A stretch of 64,000 nt of DNA from an uncultured Chthonomonadaceae bacterium (GCA_963817895.1 CAWFQB010000003.1:640001-704000), one strand, 5' to 3'. Shown: positions 1 to 11,177, counted from the first letter of the stretch. Translations and numbers: made by a program. Notes: generated by a model not told the origin, from the letters alone.

Positions 1-265
1 TACCACTGCTCCCGAAAGTGGAGATGAAATTGCCGGTGTTGTCGAATTTCTGCACGCGGCTGTTACCGGAGTCCAGCACAAAAACATTTCCGCTGGAATC
101 AATGGCGACGTTTTCCGGCTGTTTGAATGAACCGGCTCCGCCTCCGAAAGCGCGAACAAAACTGTACTGGGCATGGGCAGGCATGGCAGCCAGACCCGCC
201 AACACAGCCAGCGCAAGCGTCTGCTTGAAAGCGCGATATTTAGAAGTAGAGGCGACCCTGTGCAA
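1..265 (-). CDS. Secreted NHL-repeat beta-propeller protein (N-terminal part; runs off the window start)
   Basis: Manual translation from TTG 265 after an AAAGGA SD gives a signal peptide (TLALAVLAGLAAMPAHA), then the NHL repeat FKQPENVAIDSSGNVFVLDSGNSRVQKFD. Not in the ORF track. Confidence 0.8.
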   Translation of the reverse strand, partial: MHRVASTSKYRAFKQTLALAVLAGLAAMPAHAQYSFVRAFGGGAGSFKQPENVAIDSSGNVFVLDSGNSRVQKFDNTGNFISTFGSSG

Positions 266-537
266 AGGAGTATCCTTTCTTTTGCAGCAATATATCACCG
301 AAGGCTGTGTTTGTACACTGAAAATTAACGCCGCGCAACGCGAACATAACTCAATCCAGAGCGTATACTCATACTATAGCAGTATAGCACGTACCTATGT
401 CCATTTGCTATCATCGGTATGAGAAAAAATACCTGTTCTTTTTATTGGCTCTTGACCCTGAATTGCGCGTCAAAAGGGAGCGAACAGGTGTTTATGAAAT
501 ATTTTCATAAAAAAGTCAAAAAAGTTTGATTTGGCAG

Positions 538-567
538 TTGACAACTGGCAAAGTTGCTGATACACTA
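538..567 (+). promoter_or_regulatory. Sigma70-type promoter overlapped by an imperfect dyad
   Basis: TTGACA-N17-TACACT; the dyad TTGGCAGTTG-A-CAACTGGCAA overlaps the -35 box. Confidence 0.55.
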
Positions 568-906
568 TAAACATAGTTGCCAAGAGGCACATTCCTTTCA
601 AAAACTATCAAAAAGATAGTGGAACAAAGCCACTATCTATCCCGTCTCTCTTCTGTGGTTGTCCCCTGTATGTGGGCGCTCCCGAAAGCGCCAATGTTTG
701 GTTTCTCCCCTGACGGATGCATCAAGGCTGCGGGCGGTTTACATTTCATCTGTTGATGAGCATTGTAAACGTTGCCTGTTCGCGCAGTGTCTGCAATTTA
801 GTTGCTATGACATTATGCCGAACTGTGTGGATGCTTACATTTTGTTTTGCCGGTTTGCTCGACTGCGCAAAACAATGTCCGTTTAGACTTTAGGAGAAAC
901 TCAATC

Positions 907-1413
907 ATGCTTCGCAACATTTCCCTGGTCGTTCTGTTTGTGTTTGTTTCCTTCCTGACGATGGGCGCGCAGTCCCGCAGTTCGGCTCAGATTGCCTTTA
1001 GTAGTGGTTGGGCTGGCGTCGGCAAAACTCCTGTGATGAACTTCAACATACAGGGCGCTCCCGACAAGATCAACGGCGGCTCCACCGGATACTTCAACGT
1101 TTTCTATCCCAGCCTCTTTTCCGCGACCGGCTCAGTCACGGCGATTTACAACTCGAAAGATGCGGCAAACAACTGGTACTCAGTCGTTATCGCTGCGGGA
1201 GTTTACTATCCCTTTGTGAACGGTGTGCAAAGCGCCAAGGGAACGTCTGCCACTTATATCGTATCCATGCGTAAGATGGCTGATGGAACGACGTGGGAAG
1301 GCTTCTCCGCATACAATTACAACACCGGCGTTGCGCTGTTCACCACCGGTGTTACCCGCGACGGAACTCCTGTGGTAATGCCAATTAAGGGCAGCATGAC
1401 CATCAGCATGTAG
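907..1413 (+). CDS. Secreted hypothetical beta-rich protein (paralog of 3030..3575)
   Basis: SD AGGAG, signal peptide MLRNISLVVLFVFVSFLTMGA; shares WAGVG, GYF and IKGSxxIS motifs with 3030..3575. Confidence 0.7.
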   Translation: MLRNISLVVLFVFVSFLTMGAQSRSSAQIAFSSGWAGVGKTPVMNFNIQGAPDKINGGSTGYFNVFYPSLFSATGSVTAIYNSKDAANNWYSVVIAAGVYYPFVNGVQSAKGTSATYIVSMRKMADGTTWEGFSAYNYNTGVALFTTGVTRDGTPVVMPIKGSMTISM

Positions 1414-1456
1414 GATTGCAGCATGCGAAAACGCTGAACTTGTTGTGAAATCTAAA

Positions 1457-1496
1457 CCGGTATTCCAAAATGACACCCGTTATTCTGGAATACCGG
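1457..1496 (+). terminator. Hairpin downstream of 907..1413
   Basis: CCGGTATTCCA...TGGAATACCGG inverted repeat. Confidence 0.55.
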
Positions 1497-1965
1497 CTTC
1501 CGTTTGTAACGGGTAGTTCTGAACACGGGAAACGCCATCAGGTTTGATGAACAGTCGCCAGACTGGAAAATTCAAAATTATTCCCAAATACAGAGCAATT
1601 ACCAGTATACGAATGCGAAGATATGGGGTATTCTGTCTGAGTTAGGAAGAGCCAACACAGGCTATTGAGTATATTCGACCGCTTTTGGAACAAACTGCCC
1701 CGCAATATTGTCAGAAAATGAAAAGTTTTCAAAAATAGTTGCGTTTTTGAGCAGTTTGGCATGAAACTTGCAATATACACTTATAAGGCTGCGGACGGTT
1801 GATCAGGATCGTAGTATATATCCCATCTTGCCCTTATCCTCCTACGGTCTGTGCAGTTATCTGCTGTCTTGCAGGGATGCGTTTCGCGTAATGGATTGAA
1901 TGAATTTAATGTGGGGATGAATCAGGCAGTATCTCCCATTCTGAGGAACAAGGAACTAAACTCTT

Positions 1966-2796
1966 ATGAAGAATTTTCTTCTATCTTGTCTGATAGGCGG
2001 CACTCTTGTCGGTTCTGCCCAGATCAGCCAGGCCGTCGTAGTTACAACCACATTCGCGCAGTTCAACGAGTCTGTGTCCAACAAGCCGTTCACGTATGTT
2101 GGTAATGATCCGATGAGCGCCACAAATAGCACCAGCACATTGAGCGCCACAACAGGAGTTACCTTCAAGTACCTTGACTTCCTGCTTGGCACAAAAGGCG
2201 GTTATAACCCTACACTGGGCGTAAACTATACCGGAACTCTGACGTTTTTCGGGTCAAACAGTTTCGGCGGGGCGAACAACGACACTCCTTTCGATGTCAC
2301 CAGCTTTAGCTTCGTTGCCGATAACTCGCTCGTCAATGCCACAGCGGGAATCCATTCGGGAACCATTCTTTTGAGCGGGCGTTCGGGCGATCCTGGTTTC
2401 GATCCAACGACGGGCAACAACGGCGGGGCGGCAGGCGATTTAACCGGACGCCAGGGACAATCTTCGGCAAGCTTCAACGCCAGTAACATAACAGGCGAGA
2501 CTTCAGACTTGCCGCAGTTCGTCAGTTTTTCCTCGGATGTCATCAATACGACGGGGATATTTACGGAGAACTACTCGCTGTCCTTCTCCGCCGTTACGCC
2601 GGGCCTCAATTACGGCCCTGCGAGCGGAAATCCGAATAAATTCAACGACCCGTTCTTGCGTAACTTCACCGCAGACGGAACAGGCACCTTCGGCGCGGAG
2701 TACAACAATGTGCCGGAACCGGGCATGTACGCGTTGCTTGGTTCTCTGCTCGCGGGAAGCGCGTTTGGCCTGCGCCGCCGCCGCAATCGCAAGTAA
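1966..2796 (+). CDS. PEP-CTERM sorting-domain protein
   Basis: Signal peptide, Thr/Ser/Gly/Asn-rich body, C-terminal VPEP + hydrophobic helix + RRRRNRK. Confidence 0.93.
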   Translation: MKNFLLSCLIGGTLVGSAQISQAVVVTTTFAQFNESVSNKPFTYVGNDPMSATNSTSTLSATTGVTFKYLDFLLGTKGGYNPTLGVNYTGTLTFFGSNSFGGANNDTPFDVTSFSFVADNSLVNATAGIHSGTILLSGRSGDPGFDPTTGNNGGAAGDLTGRQGQSSASFNASNITGETSDLPQFVSFSSDVINTTGIFTENYSLSFSAVTPGLNYGPASGNPNKFNDPFLRNFTADGTGTFGAEYNNVPEPGMYALLGSLLAGSAFGLRRRRNRK

Positions 2797-2828
2797 CCGC
2801 GTAACGAACAATTCGCTTTCGCATCATC

Positions 2829-2866
2829 AACCGTCCTGCATATACAATTGCGGGACGGTTTTTTTT
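2829..2866 (+). terminator. Rho-independent terminator
   Basis: AACCGTCCTGCA...TGCGGGACGGTT followed by a T-run. Confidence 0.8.
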
Positions 2867-3029
2867 ACGGCTGACATGTTTACCATTCTTGTATTTGCGG
2901 CTCAAAACCCACTATTTTCAGCAGGTTGGGCATTCCCCGGAACAGGGCATAAGGTGATTGTAGGCGCGTAATCAACACAATCCGACGCGCTTAACCAATA
3001 ACACTGAACAGAATGGGGATATACATATA

Positions 3030-3575
3030 ATGGTACGGAACTTTATCAAACCGGGCGTTTTCAACATGGTTGCTGCGACTGTTTGTCTTTCGGCTCTGAC
3101 AGTGTTAGCTAAACCGGCTCAGGCGCAGATTTCGGCTCTGCCGTCCGCGTCAAGCCAATTTGTCAACACGTACCTTCTGGATGTTTCCTGGGCCGGCGTG
3201 GGCAGAGTGATGGCGATGACTGTGAACCTGCGAGGCCAGAATGTGGCGGGCAGCGTGGATGGCTACTTCATGTGTTCGGGCGCTGCCGGATGGACGGCGC
3301 AGGGCTGTTTTCTCAGCCAGACAGGTTATGTGGATCCGGCAGGGGAGCATATCGAAATCAAAGCCGCTGTCAAATTCAATAGCGCGGATGCGGTTCCAAC
3401 CGTGACGCCCGCAACGGCTACGTTCCGCGCCATGAAAACACCCGCCGGCGTGGCAAGTGAAGGCGTCGAAATCGTGGATAAATCAGGAAATGTGCTGTAT
3501 TCTACGGGACGCGATGCCGCCAACAACCTGATCCTGCTGCCCATGATTAAAGGGTCGCTCTATATCAGCCACTAA
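3030..3575 (+). CDS. Secreted hypothetical beta-rich protein (paralog of 907..1413)
   Basis: Signal peptide ending PAQA; shared WAGVG, GYF, EG, TG and IKGSLYIS motifs. Confidence 0.7.
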   Translation: MVRNFIKPGVFNMVAATVCLSALTVLAKPAQAQISALPSASSQFVNTYLLDVSWAGVGRVMAMTVNLRGQNVAGSVDGYFMCSGAAGWTAQGCFLSQTGYVDPAGEHIEIKAAVKFNSADAVPTVTPATATFRAMKTPAGVASEGVEIVDKSGNVLYSTGRDAANNLILLPMIKGSLYISH

Positions 3576-3864
3576 AATCAGGCGCGTGAGTGAACGAATA
3601 AACATAGCAGAGAGAACACAGGGCCGTTATACGATAAATTGCGTAACTGAACACTCAGGGTGGACAAAGGGTTACACGATTTTATCACGCAGCGCCCGAC
3701 AGCAATAGCGCGAACAGGAAATTCACTCCTGTTCGCGCTGTTTGTATGTCTATCCAACATCGCGAAGAACATAGTAAAGGCGCCAGTCGTCGTACAAAGC
3801 GTGAGAAATAGTTAAGCGAGAAATCAGGCGCGAAGTTTGCGCAAGACGAATAAAAGAATTGCTA

Positions 3865-3894
3865 TTGACGCGAAACGCGCCAGTTTGCTATACT
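3865..3894 (+). promoter_or_regulatory. Sigma70-type promoter
   Basis: TTGACG-N18-TATACT with extended -10 TG. Confidence 0.5.
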
Positions 3895-4025
3895 CTGTTG
3901 GTACTCCTGTGGCGCGACAATCATTTTGTTTGAAAACTCTTTCGCCCCGGAACCGAATTAGTATTTACTTTGCCGTTCCTTTTGCTGATACTCTCTTTTG
4001 ATGTTACAATGTTAGTGGCGTCGGC

Positions 4026-4967
4026 ATGGCGATAACAATCAGCGCGCAGCGCATCAGGGAGTCAGGAATGGTCACACACACAATCGGATTGCCTTTCGGC
4101 GGCAAAAGCGCCAGGCGATACCATAGACGGCGGCTGTCGAGCCTGGCGGGATTTCTTATTTTAGCCGTTGCCATCCTGTCCACTCCTGCCGCTTCCGGGC
4201 GCGAAGTGACCACTAATCGTCCGGTTGACGCCAATGTGCTGGTGCGCAAGATGATTGCGATGTACCAGGGTACGCAAACGCTGGAAGAGGCAACGGAAGC
4301 GCGGGTCAAGGAATACGGCAAATCAGACTATGTGCAATCTACCACCCTGCGCTTCAAACGCCCGAACCTGATCTATCTCTCTTCGGAAGACCCGGCCATC
4401 GGCACCTATCAGGGATTCTGCAACGGCAAGACGATCACCGTTTATTCCGGCACACAGAATACGTACACCAAACGAAACTCGCCGACGGATTTGCGCCAGA
4501 CATTGGGGAAGTTCTCCGCCGCAGGCGAGTACCTGATGGGCGTGTCCATCGTGCAGATGCTGAGTTCCATTGACTTTATCGCCGCAAAGACAATGCCGGA
4601 CGAGTGTAAAAATTTTCAATTCATTCGTAACGAAATACTTGACGGCAACAGAGTCACAGTCGTAACCGGTCAGGCCAATTCCGGCTGGCTGGCTACGATG
4701 GGAGCGCCGAAAGAGACGGTTTATGCCCGCCGCGAGGTGACGCTCTGGATTGACACCAGCCGCTTTCTGCTGCGAAAAGCCTCTTGCGATCTCCAATGGC
4801 GCGTGAATGTCGGCCCGACCGAAAAAAAATCTGCCCAGATCGTGCTGGAAGGTATCAAGTTCGTCGAAACGCACCGCTCGACCCGCGTGAACACCCCGCT
4901 GCGCGATGAAGACTTCTTCTTTATCGCGCCCAAAGGCGCTGTGGAACGTTTCCAGGAGCGGAAGTAG
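4026..4967 (+). CDS. LolA-like / DUF2092 family secreted protein
   Basis: FKRPNLIYL, CNGKTITVY, TLWIDTSRFLLRK and C-terminal FFFIAPKGA motifs; start uncertain. Confidence 0.65.
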   Translation: MAITISAQRIRESGMVTHTIGLPFGGKSARRYHRRRLSSLAGFLILAVAILSTPAASGREVTTNRPVDANVLVRKMIAMYQGTQTLEEATEARVKEYGKSDYVQSTTLRFKRPNLIYLSSEDPAIGTYQGFCNGKTITVYSGTQNTYTKRNSPTDLRQTLGKFSAAGEYLMGVSIVQMLSSIDFIAAKTMPDECKNFQFIRNEILDGNRVTVVTGQANSGWLATMGAPKETVYARREVTLWIDTSRFLLRKASCDLQWRVNVGPTEKKSAQIVLEGIKFVETHRSTRVNTPLRDEDFFFIAPKGAVERFQERK

Positions 4968-4980
4968 GAGGAAGGGATAA

Positions 4981-5081
4981 GAGCCTATCCCAATAGGCGA
5001 TTGTATTTGCGTCCGAAGGACGCCTGGCCGTAGGCCACTCAGACGGGTACGTTCTCTGTACCCGGCCTATTGGGTAGGCTC
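4981..5081. mobile_element. MITE/REPIN-like palindromic element, copy 1
   Basis: Terminal inverted repeats GAGCCTA(T)CCCAATAGGC / GCCTATTGGGTAGGCTC with TAA on both sides; three internal hairpins; homologous copy at 14539. Confidence 0.65.
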
Positions 5082-5148
5082 TAAGAGGGAAGGGATAAGT
5101 AGAAAGCGAGCGGTTTGCGTAATAAATTGAGAATTCGTCTGGAAGCGG

Positions 5149-5177
5149 TTGACAAAGCCGCTTTACCGTGCTATTAT
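5149..5177 (+). promoter_or_regulatory. Promoter of the ilv-leu operon
   Basis: TTGACA-N17-TATTAT with extended -10 TG. Confidence 0.8.
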
Positions 5178-5199
5178 ATTGGACACAAGATTTTTTGTA

Positions 5200-5500
5200 A
5201 TGTGATGACGAGGCCAGTAGGCGCGCGACTTGCTTTCAGAGAGCCGCCGGTTGGTGCGAGGCGGTCAGAAGCGAGACGCTGAAACTCCCCTCCGAGCAGG
5301 CTGCTGAACGGGCGAAGACAAACGTGATACAACGTCTGCCGCCCCAGTAGGTTTCCCGGTTCGCGCCCGATATCGCGCCTCAAGTGGTCGGCGGGACGTC
5401 TTCGGCGTCCGTCGTTCGCGTTTCGTCAACGCGTGCCGATTACAAGGGTGGTACCACGTGAGCAACAGCCTCTCGTCCCTTGCGGATGAGGGGTTTTTTT
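5200..5500 (+). promoter_or_regulatory. T-box riboswitch, probable Leu (CUC) specifier, with transcription terminator
   Basis: AGTA 5216, AGAGAG 5238, GGTGCGA 5253, GAAACTC specifier loop (CTC 5285-5287), T-box AAGGGTGGTACCACG 5444-5458, antiterminator partner CGTCCCT, terminator with T-run ending at 5500. Confidence 0.92.
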
Positions 5501-5534
5501 GTCGCTAGATTTATTGTCAGGAGGCATTCCAACG

Positions 5535-7365
5535 ATGAAACTGTCAGGAGCGCAAATTCTGCTGGAATGTCTGCGGCAGGAAGGGGTCACGCATATCTTC
5601 GGCTATCCCGGCGGGGCCGTGCTGCCCATCTACGACGCGATTTTCGACTGCAACGATATCAAGCATATTCTCGTCCGGCACGAGCAGGGCGCGGCGCACA
5701 TGGCCGACGGCTTTGCGCGCTCGACCGGCAAAGTCGGCGTCTGCCTCGCCACCAGCGGGCCGGGCGCGACCAACCTCGTCACCGGCATCGCGACCGCCTA
5801 CATGGACTCCATTCCGATGGTCGCCATCACCGGGCAGGTGCGCACCTCCGCCATCGGCAAAGACGCTTTTCAGGAGGCCGACATCACCGGCATCACCATG
5901 CCCATCACCAAGCACAACTATCTGGTCAAGACGCGTCGAAGACCTGGCGCGGCGCGCTGGCCGAAGCGTTTTACATCGCCCGCACCGGACGGCCCGGCCC
6001 GGTCCTGGTGGACATTCCGCTCGACGTGAGCAAGAACATGATCGAGTTCGACGCGGCAACGGACTATCCGCAAGCAGGTCAACATCCCCTCCTACAAGCC
6101 CGCCGGCCCGAACGGGCGCATCCCGGAACTGCAAATCCGCAAGGCCGCGCAGCTGATTGCCGAATCCGAGCGTCCTGTGCTGTATGTCGGCGGCGGCGCG
6201 ATCGCCTCCGACGCGCAGGCCGAAGTGACCGCGCTGGCCGAAAAACTCAATATCCTGACGACCACAACCCTGCTCGGCAAAGGCGCGATTGACGAGACGC
6301 ACCCGCTTGCGATGGGGATGCTGGGCATGCACGGCACCGCCTACGCCAACCACGCCGTCAACAACAGCCGACCTGCTGATTGCGGTCGGCGCGCGCTTCG
6401 ATGACCGCGTGACCGGCAATGTGGACAAGTTCGCCACCGGCGCGAAAATCATTCACATTGACATTGATCCGGCGGAAATCGGCAAAGTGGTGCAGCCGGA
6501 CGTGCCGATTGTCGGCGATGTGAAAACGATCCTGACCGAACTGCTCAAGCACGTTGCAGCCGCGCGAAGCCGACCGACTGGAACGATACCATTCTGGAAT
6601 GGAAACGACGCTTCCCGCTCGTCTATCCCGAACGACGGCAAACTGTACGCCGAATACGCCATCGAACAGATCAGCGAGGTGTTCGACAACGACTGCGATC
6701 ATGGCGACCGATGTGGGACAGCATCAGATGTGGGCCGCGCAGTATTTCAAGTGCAACCGCCCGCGCCAGTGGGTCACTTCCGGCGGACTGGGCACGATGG
6801 GCTTCGGCCTGCCCGCCGCCATCGGCGCGCAGTTCGCCAATCCCGACAAGCGCGTGGTCTGCCTGTCCGGCGACGGCTCGTTCCAGATGATGACGCAGGA
6901 GTTGATGACCGCGACCGTCTACGGCATCGGCCGTCATCACGGTCATCATCAACAACAAGTCGCTGGGCATGGTGCGGCAGTGGCAGGAGATGTTCTACTC
7001 GGAGCGGTACAGCCAGGTAGACCTGCAAGCCTCGCCCGATTTCGTGAAACTGGTGGAGGCGTATGGCGGCGTCGGCATGCGCGCCACGACAAAGGAGGAA
7101 CTGCGCGACGCTTTGCAGAAAGCAAAGGCCATTACGGACCGCCCCGTCGTGATTGACTGCGTGATTCCGACCGGGGAAAACGTCTATCCGATGATCCCGT
7201 CCGGCCAGTCCATCAAGGAGATGATGCTGCGCAACGATCTGGAGCAGCTCAAGGCCAGCGTCCACGCCGACTGCCGAGACGTGGTCGTTCTCCGACGAAG
7301 AGAAGGTGCTGGCGCAGTACGTCGAAGTGGCAAACGCGGTGGCGGCGGAAGCGACGGAAGGATAG
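5535..7365 (+). CDS. ilvB: Acetolactate synthase large subunit (several apparent indel frameshifts)
   Basis: [55 protein letters not shown] and MVRQWQ motifs spread over several frames. Confidence 0.95.
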
Positions 7366-7370
7366 ATACC

Positions 7371-7500
7371 AGGTATAGGGAGTAGGGATTAGGAAGTAGG
7401 AAAAACCTGCAATACTGCTTCTTGTCGATCGTTATAATAAGCGAGTCGGACTTGAGCCGATCTCCTACTCCCTACTCCCTACTCCCTAATCCCTAAACCT
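7371..7500. repeat. Inverted tandem heptamer hairpin (AGTAGGG/CCCTACT)
   Basis: G-rich arm 7371-7400, unique spacer, reverse-complement arm 7463-7500. Confidence 0.85.
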
Positions 7501-8008
7501 ATGGAACTCGACACCTTCAATTTGAACTGCTCTGGCAGTATTATCAGCAGGGCTATCACTCCCTGGTGCGCAGCGGCCTGTATTTTCGGCAGGTGCTGCG
7601 GCCCGCCCTGTCGCACGTCTATTTTCAGCGCGCGATGCCGCTGCTGGTCGAGTATGCGCGCGCCAATCGGCGAAAAGGGCGATTTGCCGCCCGGTTTCGG
7701 CGACCAGATGGAAGCCTGCCCGCTGACGCCCCGCGATCTGCTGCATCTGGACTATGCGATCTGCCTGGGCTACGCCGAAGCGCGGGGCATAGACCCGGCC
7801 GCTGCTGTCGCTGTCGCCCATGCTGGATTGGCCGGGGCCGGGGGGCAGCAATGGCATTTTCATTGCCGCCGACGCGCCCGCCGGCACAAGCCTGCTGATG
7901 TCGGAAGAGATCGCCGGCAGTCTGGACGATGTGTATCGGGACGACGACCCGTTCGACAGCGACGACGACGACGATGACGACGATCCGAAGCCGCCGTTCG
8001 ATCTTTGA
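7501..8008 (+). CDS. Hypothetical protein with poly-Asp C-terminus (frameshifted)
   Basis: ORFs 7501, 7566 and 7820 join into one plausible reading ending DDDDDDDDPKPPFDL. Confidence 0.5.
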
Positions 8009-8012
8009 GGAA

Positions 8013-8146
8013 GGTTGTCAGGTTGTTAGGTTATTAAGTTGTCAGGTGTTCGGAATGATGCAACAGTCACATATTTGTTGTTGCGTTGTGAGTGTATCAC
8101 CTGACAACCTAACAACCTAACAACTTAACAACCTGACAACCTAACC
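8013..8146. repeat. Inverted tandem octamer hairpin (GTTGTCAG/CTGACAAC)
   Basis: Arms 8013-8048 and 8098-8146. Confidence 0.85.
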
Positions 8147-8147
8147 C

Positions 8148-10024
8148 ATGCGTATTCTCATCGGACATCAAGATACGGAACTGGCGCATTACGATACGAG
8201 CCGCTACGATGTGCGGTTCGTGCGGTATGGGCGGGATGGCGAAACGCCGCCGCGAACCATTGCCGAAATGCTGGAACAGTGTCCGCCGGGCTGGAAGCCG
8301 GACGTGTATTATCATGCCAGTCTGGTGCATTTTCCGGTTCCCGCCGACATCGAGACGTTCGACGGCCTGACGGCAACCAACATTCAGGACTGGCATCGGG
8401 GCGGGCGGGCGGTGTGGGCAGGCGTGGGGTTCTTCGATCTGGTCGCGACGGAACTCAATGCGGGTCGCCTGCTGGAAGCGAGCGGATATGAAAACGCGCA
8501 TTATGCCCGTTTCTGGGGCGTGAACCCGGACGTACATCGTATTTTGCCCGATATGCAGGAACGGGAACGCGACATTGACGTGCTGTTTATCGGATCGCTG
8601 AACGCGGCTGTGTGGGAAGAGCGCAACCGCTGGCTGGACCGTCTGGCGCGGCTGTCGGACAAATATAAAGTGGTTATCGCCATCGGGCATTATGGCGAAC
8701 ACTATACCCGGCTGACCAATCGGGCCAAAATCGTGTTCAATCGCAGCGTCAACGGCTGTACCAATCAGCGCGCGTATGATGCCCCCGCGTGTGGCGCATT
8801 AGTCTTCAACGAAAGCGAAAACGAGGAAGTCCGGCAGGCGTTTGCGGAAGACGTTCATTGCGTGTACTACACCTCAGACGATTTCGAGGACAAGCTGGCG
8901 TACTGGCTCGACCCCGCGCAGGACGAACGGCGGCAGTCCATTGTGAAGGCCGGCCACGATCTGGTTCTGGCGCGAACATACGGAAGAAGCCCACGCTAAT
9001 GCGCTGTTCGCTCTACTGGAAGAACACGTTACCGACCGTTATCGTCCGCATGTACACTTGCCGCTGCCGGAGCGGAACTGGCGCAAGGCCCTGCAGATGT
9101 TCAGCTGCGCCCTGCCCGCGTCCGCCGACACCGCCCTTTCGCTGCTGGCGGAAGCCGAGGCCGAAGGACTGGATCGGGCGCAGGCACTGGAAGCCCGCGC
9201 CGCGCTGTTGGGATGGGTGGCCCACTATGCCGCCCCGGAGCATAAAATCAGGCTGTTTACAAACGCCATTGACTTTGCGCGGCAGGCGGTTCGCGCTGAA
9301 CCCCGTTCGGCTATCGCGCAAATGACGCTCGGCTTTCTGCTGCTGGAACGCGCGGAAGTGACGCAGGGGCAACATCCGACCGGGCGCAACGACATTTCCG
9401 AAGCCGCGCTTGCCCTGGCGACTGCCGCCGACCGCTGCGAAACGGCTATGCGGCAAGCCCCCCTTCAGCAAATGGAAACGACTGATGCGGCGGAAAATGA
9501 GGGCGCGGCGACAAGTGACAGCGCCGCTGGCAATGACGGCACAGCGGACGTGGACGGGTTCGGTTATCCGCGCTGGAGCGATCTGTTCGACTGCCGCATG
9601 GAGCGGGCGTATCTGGCGCGGGGCGTGAGCAAGGCGCAGTGGGCGCGGGAGATGCGGGCGACTATCGCGTGGCGCTGTCGTTCCCTCCTCAGCGATCTGG
9701 CCGGAGCCAACGCGCAGCAGGAAGAAGCGTTCCGGCAGGCGCAATCGGCGGTTATGGATTTACCGCAGGAGGCGGAAGCGCTTCTCCGGCTTGCCCGTTG
9801 CGAGGCCGTGACCGGGCAACTGGAACTGTCTGCGCACCACTATCAGCGCCGGACTGGCAATCACGCCCTTCGCCTACGCCGCCTGGCCCGAACTGGCCGC
9901 TGTTCTGGTCGCGCTCGGACAACCCGATGCGGCCCAAACTTTCGTGCAGGAACGCCTGCGCGTTCTCAACGCAATTCCCACTTTTGCCGCCATACGCCCC
10001 GCGCTGATGGCAGCGATAGAGTAG
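8148..10024 (+). CDS. Glycosyltransferase (CgeB/YkvP-like GT domain) fused to TPR-like helical region (frameshifted)
   Basis: DIDVLFIGS, RAKIVFNRS and NQRAYDAPACGAL motifs; Ala/Leu-rich helical C-terminal part in ORF 9058. Confidence 0.75.
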
Positions 10025-10128
10025 TGAGTAGGAAGTAGGGAATGGGGAGTAGGAAAACCTTTCTACACTAAACCTTTTTAGAGTTCAGTGGTGTATTTCC
10101 TACTCCCTATTCCCTACTTCCTACTCCC
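10021..10128. repeat. Inverted tandem heptamer hairpin (AGTAGGR)
   Basis: Arms 10021-10053 and 10098-10128; overlaps the upstream stop codon. Confidence 0.85.
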
Positions 10129-10138
10129 CGGAGTTCCT

Positions 10139-10682
10139 ATGAACAACGCAATCATGGCGCAATTACAGCAGCAGCATACCGTAACCGTTCTGGTCGAAAA
10201 TCATGCGGGCGTTCTGGCCCGCGTGACAGGACTGTTCGCCCGACGGGGGTACAACATCGAGTCGCTGGCGGTTTCCGTCACGGACAACCCGGAAGTATCG
10301 CGCATGACCATTGTGGTCGGCGGCGATCATCTGGTTTTGGAGCAGATCACCAAGCAGTTGAACAAACTGGTGGAAGTGATGAAGGTCGTGGACTACACGG
10401 AAACCGCAGCCGTAGAACGAGAACTCGCGCTCATCAAGGTCAACGCCGACGCCAAAGACCGCAGCGAGATCATGCAGATCGTGGAAATCTTCCGGGGCCG
10501 CATCATTGACATGAGCGAAAAAACCTTCATCATCGAAGTGACCGGCAGCACGGACAAACTGGACAAAATCACCAGTTTGCTGGAGGGCTACGGCATCCGC
10601 GAAATGGTGCGAACCGGCATCATCGCGATGGCGCGCGGAACCAAAACCGCCAGCCGCGCCGGTACGAGAAGCAGGAGATTAA
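10139..10682 (+). CDS. ilvN: Acetolactate synthase small (regulatory ACT) subunit; 3' end inferred
   Basis: VLVENHAGVLARVTGLFARRGYNIESL and EMVRTGIIAMARG motifs; the 318-aa extension in the ORF track is probably an indel read-through. Confidence 0.93.
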
Positions 10683-10700
10683 TCTCCTCTGGAGTTTGCT

Positions 10701-11108
10701 ATGGGTGGTATGCGCGAGATTGTGGATTTGGATGCGCTGAGCCGGTGGTTTGCGGTGTTGGCGATTGTGCTGCCACTCGTGGGACTGGTTTTGGGAGCGG
10801 GGTGGGGGGCGCGGCGCGGTCAGGCGCGACAGGGAGCGGTTACGGGCGTCTGCATGGGCGCGCTGGGAACCCTGAACTGGCTGCTGTGGCTGGCGTACAA
10901 CGCGATAACCTCCCGGTTGGGTTTGGACACGGTTCGCAATGTCGTGGTGAACCTGACGTTTTTTGTGGCGGCAGGATTGGCGCTTGGCGCTGGAATTGGA
11001 CTTGCGCAGCGTCGCCTTCAACCGCTACAAACCGCGCAAAGTGAAACAGAATTGTTACCAGAAGAAACAACAGGACAGGAACCAGAAGCCTCTGAAGCAA
11101 TCCTGTAA
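10701..11108 (+). CDS. Hypothetical membrane protein (3 TM)
   Basis: SD GGAG, three hydrophobic segments, acidic tail. Confidence 0.7.
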   Translation: MGGMREIVDLDALSRWFAVLAIVLPLVGLVLGAGWGARRGQARQGAVTGVCMGALGTLNWLLWLAYNAITSRLGLDTVRNVVVNLTFFVAAGLALGAGIGLAQRRLQPLQTAQSETELLPEETTGQEPEASEAIL

Positions 11109-11134
11109 ATCCTGAAAAATCCTGTTAATCCTGT
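11098..11134. repeat. Tandem 9-10-mer AATCCTG(T/A)
   Basis: AATCCTGTAAATCCTGAAAAATCCTGTTAATCCTGTC. Confidence 0.7.
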
Positions 11135-11177
11135 CTATTTACGGATTCAACGATTTCAATGAGGAGACGAGAACGAG

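Noticed and set aside
7960..7984. (GAC)n microsatellite
   Set aside because: It encodes the poly-Asp tail of the hypothetical protein.
10088..11044. 318-aa IlvN with a novel C-terminal extension
   Set aside because: The extension overlaps a better membrane-protein ORF in another frame and is probably read-through caused by an indel near 10650.
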